This document shows positions 54,862 to 64,000 of a stretch of DNA of 64,000 bases, one piece after another. The position numbers and the translations under genes are program-made. The notes below the pieces were generated by a model. It was not told the DNA's origin. It saw only the letters and a program-made list of their open reading frames with translations, and searched no databases. The stretch lies in NCBI GenBank assembly GCA_028534125.1, contig CM052818.1, positions 33,730,001 through 33,794,000 on the forward strand, in the 5' to 3' direction. The number at the start of each line of letters is the position of its first letter. Position 1 is the first letter of the stretch. The DNA is from Lama glama. Taxonomy: Eukaryota.

Positions 54862-56249
54862 GGTCCGATGCTAGGGACACACCCCTGTACCTGCCTCTTC
54901 AGCCACACAAACTCTTCTGTCACACTGACTCTGCTTGCAGCTGGCAGGGCCTTATCTGAGCCACAGTAATGATTAGCCCAAGTACTCTGGCCTCTCTAAG
55001 CACCACACCCTCTCAGCGCCTCTGCCTGCACCCTTTCCTGGTCACTAGCCCCCCCCAACCCTCTGGTCACCCCAGGGGAGCTCCTGAGGTCCCTCTTTGC
55101 AGACTCTTCAGCCTCTGCTTTGCCCCCTGAAGAGCAAGACCCAAGTTCCTAACTCTTGTCCTTAGTACAATGTCCTCTTCTCTAGAGAGCCTGGAACCTG
55201 GAAGGACAAAACCCAGGCCCAGGGCAAAGAGTATCCCTGGGCATGAGTGCTCTGGAACCAGGATGCATCAGGAGGCCAGAGATCAAGAGCTTCAGGGTCA
55301 GCAGAGGTCAGAAGACCTGGACCATGGCTTGATCACAAGCTCAGCACACACAGTCCTCCCTGCCCCAGTTACCCCATTTCACTCTCTCCTCTCAGAAGAA
55401 AAGCAACAGAAGCTTTAGAGCCCCAGGGGTGCACATACTGAACTGGATGTTACAGGAGAAAGTGCCACAGAAATAGACATACTGCTATGAGAATTAGAAA
55501 CTAAAGCATCTGCCCTAAATACAACTTTAGCCAACATTTATTTACACTGAGCAATGCACTTTTCACATAGAGTATTTCATCAGATGCATTAACACTAAGA
55601 TGATATCAACACCTTCATTTTTCAGATGATAAAACTGAAGCTCAGTCTAGAAGTTAAGTCAGTTGCTGAAGATCATACAGCTGACAGAATTGGGACTCAC
55701 ACCCAGGTTTCAGCCAAACTGAAGGATTTATGTGTTTATTGAGTGAATGAAGTAACTAACAAATTACTGTGAATTAATAATAATCTTTCATTCACACAGT
55801 GTTGTAAGATTTATAAAAATCGTTCCCCAACATTGTCTCATTTGATCCTCACAACAGCCCTGTGAGGTTTTGGGGGCTCTGATTTACAGGTGGGAAACCT
55901 GAGACTTAGATTAACCTTTTCCTCCAAGGCCACACAGTAAGGCGCACAGTAAGACAAAGGTGGTTGTTAACTTCCCCTATAAACCCAGCACTCTTAATAA
56001 TCGCCGTTATCTCCAGCTGTTAACATGCCAGACACATAGAAGACGCTCAATAAATATTTGCCTAATAAGTGAAAGAATGAATAAGAGAATGAAGGGAATC
56101 AATATCAGATTATGAATGGGGAAGGCACTTAAAAGCTGACGCAGTCTACAAGTAGGAAATTTTCAAAATAATTATTATCTCAATCACTCTGTCCCCTCCC
56201 TCACCGGAGGTGGAATTCCTCTTCCTAACTTGGCTAATTCCATCCGGGG

Positions 56250-56940
56250 TAGGAGGGGCCTCCCAGGTGCCCGAGACCCTCGCACCTGCGCCTCTCCCAT
56301 GCCCTCTCGCCCCACCCCCACCCCAGCCCCTACCCCGCCCCCGGGCTCAGCTGGTGGAGCCGGATCGGAAGGGATGGGGACCCGGGAGGCCGCCAATGGG
56401 AGGGTCGTGGGAGGAGCCCCGAAAGAACCGGGTTGGGGGGGCGGTGATGACGGCGGCGAGAACCCCAGCGGGGCGGGGCGGGCCGGCACGTCCTGGCCGG
56501 GCTGCGGCGAAGCGAGTGGGGCCAGCTCTGCAGAAGGCGGCGGCTGACTCGCCGGGACGGTCACATCCCGCTGCAGGGGCCGTCGGAGGCAGCCGCACTG
56601 CCTCCCGCACCGGGGACCTAAGCCAGCCGCCAGGCCGCGCCGGCACCGCCCCCCGCTCTCGGACAGACTGTGCGGCCAGTGGAAGCTCTGGGGGCTCCGC
56701 AGCCCCGCGGCCCGCGCTCGCTACGTCTCCGCCCTCTGCTCGCAGCTCGGTCCAGCGCTGCCCGCCTCGCCGGGCCCGCGCCGGGATGGGGTAGGGGCAG
56801 CGCCACGGAGTCGGGCGATGGGCCGCCCTCTGGGCACCGAGCAGCCCCCCGAGGCCTGACCGCGAGGACCGGCGGAGGTGGGTGTGGGCAGGGCAGAGCC
56901 GTGCACTGGGGGCGCCTGGGTGTTGTGGGGGCGGGGAAGG
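56250..56940 (+). promoter_or_regulatory. FNDC4: FNDC4 CpG-island promoter and non-coding exon 1 (candidate donor after 56877)
   Basis: Very GC/CpG-rich, tandem GC boxes (GGGGCGGGGCGGG at ~56470), GAG|GTGGGT donor. Confidence 0.75.
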
Positions 56941-57074
56941 CATGGGGAAGTGGGGGTGCTCTGGGGCTGCTGTGGGCCAAGGGGGAGAGCTGCCTACCAC
57001 CAGTGCGTTATGGCTAGTCCTTGACCCCCCACAACTCCTGCCACCTCCAGGAGCCCCGCCTGGATGTCAAACGG

Positions 57075-59088
57075 ATGCCTCAGTGCCTCCCAGCGGACTC
57101 GGTGGGGACCATGGCTTCACTGATGCCCCTCTCCCCATATCTAAGCCCCACGGTCCTCCTGCTGGTCAGCTGTGACCTGGGCTTTGTGCGAGCAGGTGAG
57201 TAAACGGGGAGAGGTGCGGGTTGTCCCAGAGCTAGTCCGTGGGTGGAACCTGTTAACTTGTTAACACACTGGCACCCACAGACCGGCCTCCATCTCCTGT
57301 GAATGTGACAGTCACTCACCTCAGAGCCAACTCGGCTACTGTGTCCTGGGACGTCCCAGAAGGCAACATCGTCATTGGCTACTCCATTTCCCAGCAAGTA
57401 TGAATCACCCTTCTGCTCCCCCAACTTGTGTCCTTGGATCTCAGAACATTCCTCGGGTTACCTCCCCTACCCCTTCCATGCTCCCCTCCCAGCCAAGGGA
57501 GAATCTGGGAGTTGGGTTCCCTGGCTCAAGCTGCCCTTTTCACCCAACTTCCTTGGAGGGCTTAGATATTCAAGAGTCCTGGGTTGAGCCTTGTGGCCCG
57601 GGACCAGAGTGAGACTGCCCTCTGCTCTCATCTCCCTGCAGCGACAGAATGGCCCTGGGCAACGTGTGATCCGGGAGGTAAACACCACCACTCGGGCCTG
57701 TGCCCTCTGGGGCCTGGCTGAAGACAGTGACTACACAGTGCAGGTCAGAAGCATCGGCCTTCGAGGAGAAAGCCCCCCAGGGCCCCGGGTGCACTTCCGA
57801 ACTCTCAAGGGTTCTGACCGGCTACCCTCAAACAGCTCAAGCCCAGGTGAGAGTCTCAGTTATTCCTCACTCCTGAAAGCTTTGGATTCTCTGGTTATTT
57901 ACCTGGTCTTTAGTCTCTTGTTTACTTCCCCAAAGCAAGAAGCAGTCTAGCTTAGATGAATAGAAGGATGATTTAATTCATTGTACTGCCAGGAAAGGAA
58001 GGGAAGCAGGTTGGCAAGGGACTGGGTATAGACAGGCTGGTAACAAATTGGAGGAAGGGCTTTTAAGCTTCCTTTTACACAGCCTCAGTTCAGAGCAGCT
58101 GCAGCCTGCATGATTGAGTACCTGTCCTGCAGCCCTCCTGCTTTCTGGTCTCTAACCACTTGTCCACCAACAGCTTCCCAGAGAGGGGCTACCCCAGGGC
58201 GACACTGTGATGGGTCAACTGTAACTCTAATTCCCCGCATCTCCATCCTTAACTGTCTGCATAGACATAGCTCTCTAGCTGCTCTCCATAACCTGGGGTC
58301 TGTCTCCTTCCTTCTCAGGTGACATCACAGTTGAGGGTCTGGACGGAGAGCGACCACTGCAGACAGGAGAAGTGGTCATCATTGTGGTCGTGTTGCTCAT
58401 GTGGGCTGGTGAGTAAGCACCTGGTGGGGGGCCAGGGATTGAGGGAGTGGGGCTCTGTGAGAGAGGGAGGTGGTGAAGGTTGTCAGAAGAAAAGGGGGTG
58501 AGAGCAGTGGCCTGGGGAGATGTTTAGTTGAGGGGGATGAGCAGGAAAGGTTTGAAGAAAGGGAGAGGAGGCTGTTGGGAGCCCAGAGAGGATGATGAAG
58601 AGGGGGTGCTTGTGCATGAGCACCAGGAATTCAAAGATTTTCTTTGCAGATTTTCTAGAATCTGCATGGGTATCTCACTGCCTTTGGAGGCTGTGAGTGG
58701 GGAGGTCAAGATCAAGGCTCGGATTGTACTGTTGTGTTTCAGCTGTGATTGGGCTATTCTGCCGTCAGTATGACATCATCAAGGACAACGACTCCAACAA
58801 CAACCCCAAGGAGAAGGGGAAGGGGCCGGAACACAGTCCTCAGGGGAGGCCAGTGGGGACAAGACAGGTGATGTGGGGCCAGTGAGGGAGGGAGGGGTGA
58901 TTTGGCCTCTAGGAGCAGCAAGGGAAAGGGAGAAGGGCACAGAAGGGCAGGAAAGAGGGAGAACAGAAATTCTGGATGGAGGAGGCTATCACCTTCCTGA
59001 AATTATAGACTCAAGCCATCTTTTGTTGTTGTTTTTTTTTTTTTTTTTGCAGAAAAAGTCACCATCTATTAACACCATCGACGTATGA
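57075..59088 (+). CDS. FNDC4: Fibronectin type III domain-containing protein 4, 230 aa, intact
   Basis: Coding exons 57075-57195, 57282-57397, 57642-57846, 58319-58408, 58743-58867, 59053-59088 (693 nt, all GT-AG). Signal-like N-terminus, FN3 domain, TM segment VVIIVVVLLMWAAVIGLF, C-terminus KKSPSINTIDV. Confidence 0.97.
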
Positions 59089-59642
59089 GTGAAGAAACAG
59101 AACCAGAAGACAGATGCACTAACAACCTGGGGATGGGAATGGGGTCAGGGAGAGCCTAAGATGGTGATCTACCCAAGACTGAAGGATCCCACAATCTCCC
59201 AGAGGGTAATGACACTCCCACAATCTCAGGCCTGGTATCCATCCTCTTTGCACTGTGAGCAGGGCCAGAAGGTAGGTCTGTCAGGGTCTGTGCCCCTGGA
59301 CCTGGGGAGTGGACATCAGGTGGGATATGTCCTTCCATCCCCCAGGTCCAGGGGAGAGTCACTTGTTTAACTTTATCCCATTAGGTCCCAAATGGGGCCC
59401 TCATTTCACCTGCATCAGGACTCTCAGCATCCCCAGCTGCCCCTACATCTTGCCTCTGGGTCTCAGAGAGGAGTGTTTCTGTGGGTACTCCCCCTCCCCC
59501 AGCAAATAAAAGGAATTGTCTGGGCCTGGAGGCAGATGCTGCACTGCACTACTCCAATGTCTTCCATGGAGCCTCAGGTGCTCCCCCTCTCACCTGGCAG
59601 CCTTTCCAGCTGCTGGTGATCTCACCCCTTGGACATTTTTCC

Positions 59643-59648
59643 AATAAA
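59643..59648 (+). terminator. FNDC4: FNDC4 polyadenylation signal (alternative at 59505-59510)
   Basis: AATAAA hexamers downstream of the stop codon. Confidence 0.65.
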
Positions 59649-61309
59649 GTTTCTTGGACAAACTGGAGCTGACTCTATGGTATACGTATAGTATGCTGAA
59701 GACATTTCTCCACTGTCTCTCCCTTGACTACAACTGCCCCTCACACCAACACCAACTGTACAAGAGCAAACTCTTATTCTAAGGTGTTTGCCTGGAATGG
59801 GTAGAGACGGGCCAGAAAGGAGCATAGAAATCTAGAGTCCTAGTTCCTTTTGCTTTGATGGGTGAGAAAGGGGAGAAGGGAAAAAAGAGAATATAAATTC
59901 TTCCTGCACCAGTGGAAATTAAGATTATGTCACATGAGAGGGTCAGTAGCCTTTTTATCTTCACTGCCCACATCAGCAGCCCAGCTCCTCACCATTTATC
60001 CCTCTGACTTCATCAACCCTGAGCTAATTTTCAGAAAAGGACTGAACAGTGTCTTGGGACAAATGAAAGAGCAGTTATACTAATGGATCCCTGGGTGCCA
60101 AGTGCTCCTTTCCTGTGCATTCCTGTGCCTCTTCTTCCCTGCCCTTACTTTCCCTTTTGTCTGTTTGTCTCTCTGTTCATTCAGTCAAAGTCAATAATAA
60201 TTGTAAAGTATAAATGAGTTTATATTCACTATCTGCCACTATATCCTGAGGAGGATTCTGGAAATAAAACTGGGGTTGGAACTCTCCTGTCAAAAGAATT
60301 ATAATTTGGGCTCTGGAGCCTACTTGTTTCTGTGAAGATAGGGACTGTCCTCTACTTTTTCCTAAGTTCCAAGGGGGGTTGGTGCCAGTGAGAGAAATAC
60401 TTGTTGACTTTTGCAACCACTATGGAGGAAAGGCATCAGAAACAAGAATCTGTCTGGATAGCATATGCTACACTGTCTGAAGGGTTACAGTCTTCTCAAT
60501 GTATGATCCTTCCAGAGGAGGCTTATAAATAACTCTCCTTTTCTGCATCTTGATCTCTCTGCTATGTTGTAAGAAATTAGACCAATAATTCTGAAGGGGA
60601 CCCCAATCCAAACGAAGATCAAGAAGTCAGTATCTTTTCTACTTAACCAAGCTCCAGTCTCCATTATCACAAGACTTAACCTATCAGGTGAGCCAAGGTC
60701 TGGTTTGCCCTCTGCCCTGAACCATAAAAGCATCCTGATCTAAGCAGTAGTCTTTAACCCACCGTTACCCAATTCAGAAGTAAGGTAACTTACCTCTCTC
60801 TGGCCACTGGTTCCAAAGCACTCATCTCTCAGACTCTGGACACATCATCATTTCTGGGGATGGGAGTGTCACAGGATATATAGTAGCATGGCAGAGAGAT
60901 AGGGAGCTAAAAATTCAGAAGGAATATAAATGCTGTTTAAATACCAGCTCTAGGTTGAGTTGCGGTTCTGTCCTTTACGCATTTGTGTTAGTTTAGGCAA
61001 GAGACCCCTCTAATCCTGAGTCTCCTGTTATGTAAAATAGGACTAAGAATGCTATCTCTTTCAAAAGGTAGCTTTGAGATTTAAATGAGATATAATACGT
61101 GTACAACAATTTGTACTGTACCTGGCAGACACATACTCAGTATTCCCTGTTAGCTATCATTATCAGCCTTGTGATCCCATTGCAAGTTATATAACCTATG
61201 TGGGTTCAATTCCATCAACTGGAAATGGCCTATAATAGCAACTGCCCTGCTTTCTTCCAGGGTTGTGAGGATTAAAAGTATGCACTCCACCACACTTACG
61301 TACATCAAA

Positions 61310-61613
61310 GAGCGAGAGACTTCGATTACGTAGGACCGGAGTTTGCGGGAGGCTTGTGGGCGTGGCTTGAGTTTGGGTTTGCATGCCGCGACGGGATTGG
61401 TAGAGGAGAGGATTCATCACGCCCTCTCAGGGTCCCGCCCTAGATCTCACGGCGCCTGCGCACGTTCTGTGAAGCTACGTGGTGACCTTGCGACGCTTGT
61501 TGAGCTCCGGTAGCATTGGCGTCAGCGGCTGTCGCTGCAGCTGCGTGGCGGGTTGTCCAGGTAACCACGGGAGTTGTCGCTGTCTGGTGGCATCTGAGAG
61601 ACAGGTGTTCGTC
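61310..61613 (+). promoter_or_regulatory. IFT172: IFT172 CpG promoter/5'UTR with RFX X-box, NRF1, GC box and inverted CCAAT
   Basis: GTTGTCCAGGTAAC at 61552-61565, GCGCCTGCGCA at 61452-61462, CCGCCC at 61435-61440, GATTGG at 61395-61400. Confidence 0.75.
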
Positions 61614-61652
61614 ATGCAGTTGAAGCATCTGAGGACCCTGCTGAGCCCTCAG
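61614..61652 (+). CDS. IFT172: Intraflagellar transport protein 172, coding exon 1
   Basis: MQLKHLRTLLSPQ (human MHLKHLRTLLSPQ) followed by a GTGAGG donor; exon 2 was not seen in the window. Confidence 0.93.
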
Positions 61653-62459
61653 GTGAGGAGTCGCGCGCCTTTTTCCTCCCCCGTTCGCCTTAATGTTCCA
61701 AGAAAAGTGGGGGACTGAAGTTTTAAAACGTTGAGCGCCTACTGTGTGCAGAAGACTGAAGGTTGTAGCGATGATTTGGACTCCTCTCTGTCGGTAGAAT
61801 GTTGAGTGGGCGAGATGAGCCGCTAACCACCGCAGCTTTCATTATGTTGCCTTTAATCAGTACCAGGTCGGGTCTTGGGGCTCTAATTAGTGATTGCCCC
61901 TCCCTTCAAGAGGCTCGTACTAGAGAGGGAGGCGCATTTGTAAACAACGAGCACAAGTCTACACCGACTTAAATAAGCGCTTTTGGGTGCAAGCCCTACA
62001 GAGGTAGTGCAGACGACCACACTTCTCGTTCTGATGGTGAAGATCTCAAATTCTGAAGAGGCATGGGCGCTAGGATAGGAACCCTGGAACATGATGACGA
62101 ATGGCTGGGTTTTGGAGTTAGGAGAGCAGAGTTCAAGCCCTAGCGCCACCACTGCTTTAAGTAAATGACCTGATACCGCTGACTTTAGCCCTTATCGCAT
62201 AGTCTCTCTGAGCACGCATCCAAACTTCTACATTTGAACAATGGGAGTAATAATAATCGCAGCCATAGACGAAGCGGGAAAGAGTTAAAGGAGGTAGTAT
62301 ACACAAGAGAACATTGTAAACTGAAAAGCAGCATGAAAGCTGATAGACAAGAGAGAAGGACATTCAAAATGCAAAGGACAAAATAATACAAAGCTAGTAA
62401 GAGTATCAGCCATAACTGAATGTTTAAGGTGTACCAAGGCAGTATAATAAAGAAATTAG

Positions 62460-62655
62460 AATTGTGGATTATGGAGTCAGACATGCATGGGTTTAAATCT
62501 TGGTTCTGCCATTTACGAACTGTGTATGTAAGTTTGAGCAAATTACTTAACCTTTCCGTGCCTCAGTTTCCCCATCTGTAAAAGATGCATAATAATAGCA
62601 TCTACCTCAGTTATGAGATAAAATTAGATAATTCATATGAAGTACTTAGCAAGGA
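62460..62655 (+). mobile_element. MIR SINE
   Basis: Core GGGTTTAAATCTTGGTTCTGCCATTTAC...AATTACTTAACCTTTCCGTGCCTCAGTTTCCCCATCTGTAAAA. Other MIR relics at ~55560-55710 and ~60950-61170. Confidence 0.8.
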
Positions 62656-64000
62656 GAAAGGAGAATTGATAGATTATGGGAATCAGAAAGGCTTCACAGA
62701 AAATATGGCATTAGGAGGATAGAAGGAAATTAGAACAAAAGAGATGTGCTCATTGCTCAGTAAGCCATCCCCTGAATCTGTGATTTTAAAATTCCTTTAT
62801 TACTAATGGAATAATTGGAAATGAAATCCTTCTTCAATCTCTCAAAATAAGATGATGTCATGATGTAAGAAAGGGCTGAATGTCCAGGATTGGGCAAAAC
62901 GATGAAGGAAGATGATCAGCAACAATTGGTGAGAAGCCCCCAACCATTCTACCCTAATTTAATCAAGAGTTGGAGGGGTCTAAAGGCGGTGGTGTGGCTA
63001 TTTTCTGACTCTGGTTTGAGGATATTGGTGAAAAAAAGCCTTTTTACCTCTGACTTTGGAGATAGGTAGGTTAGGAGTGAAAAGTAACAATGTTTTAAGT
63101 CAGAGCTCTAGAGCCCAAATAACTAATCAAACAACTGGAGCAGAAACTAAATTCTTTATTTCAAGGTGGGAAATCCTTAGTGCACCACAGTAGACAACCA
63201 GGGCTGGTGGTGGGAGGGACAGATATGACAAGAATAATTCACTGAGAGTTGATCACCTCTCACTTGGGCTTCTATGAAGTGGATTGTTAAGGAAAAAAAA
63301 CAAAAACAAAGTGATATTGTTTATCTTAAGTCTCAACTCTGGTTATTTTACTCTCCATTCCAGAACTTTCACTGTCTCTTCCTTTCCTACTAAATAAGCC
63401 TAAACTTGTTAGCCTAGCTTCTAAGACTGTTTCTGAACTGGCCTCAGTCTCTTTCTTGCCTTACCTTGTCTATTCTGCTAGTTATAAAACAGTTTCAACT
63501 AAATTAAATTACTGTTTATTGACCAGGACTTGCCATTGTTTGTGCCATTCTTTCTGCCACAGATAATTTCTCCACTCAACTGTATCCATTCTTAATAGCT
63601 TAATGTTGATCATTTAAACAGAAAATTATCTAAGGCTTTTCTAAACTACTACAGTGCTTTGTATGTGCCTCTCTTATGGGACTTTTCCCATTTTTGTGCC
63701 ATCTTATTAGATCTGTGGGCAGGGACCATATTTTGCTCTTTGTCTCTCATCCCTTGGCCAAATGCCTTGCTCTATAAGGTACTGAAAAAACATTAACTGA
63801 ATGAATGGCTGAGGACCAAAATTTGGACCAATTGCATTTATTTCAATAGCAGACCTGGGATATGAGGGGATGAGGAGGCCATTGCAGGGACACATTGTTA
63901 CAGTTGATTTATCTTGTCACTTCTTAGTGCATTTGCATTATGGGTTTCTAGAAGCACTTTGCCCTCACGGTCCAGGGCTTTATGGCCTCGGAGACCAGGA

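Noticed and set aside
56184..57017. Overlapping 100-217 aa ORFs on both strands
   Set aside because: Stop-poor CpG island; Pro/Gly/Ala/Arg-rich translations with no recognisable homology.
57075..57110. FNDC4 N-terminus differing from human as a possible frameshift lesion
   Set aside because: The frame is continuous into MASLMPLSPY; the extreme N-terminus varies among mammals and the gene is intact.

Overview
Mammalian genomic DNA, probably camelid (it carries repeated short tRNA-derived SINEs of the Vic-1 type). It is syntenic with the human ZNF512-SPATA31H1(C2orf16)-GCKR-FNDC4-IFT172 block. From left to right: (1) ZNF512 coding exons 1-2 on the - strand, with an L1/SINE-filled intron 2 that also contains an unidentified TSD-flanked poly(A) retrocopy. 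(2) SPATA31H1/C2orf16 on the - strand, whose terminal coding exon is an uninterrupted ORF of about 17.4 kb built from nested 14-aa repeats and a C-terminal 8-aa repeat, plus three small frame-compatible upstream exons. (3) A repeat-rich spacer. (4) GCKR as a unitary pseudogene on the - strand: exons 1-12 are recognisable but carry 5 in-frame stops, 4 frameshifts and 2 broken splice sites, and exons 13-19 were not found. (5) An intact FNDC4 on the + strand (230 aa). (6) IFT172 coding exon 1 on the + strand with an RFX X-box promoter. Gene identities come from recalled human protein sequences compared by eye; no searches were run. I see no evidence for a wholly new multi-gene system. The most notable items are the GCKR loss, the giant repeat exon and the orphan retrocopy.
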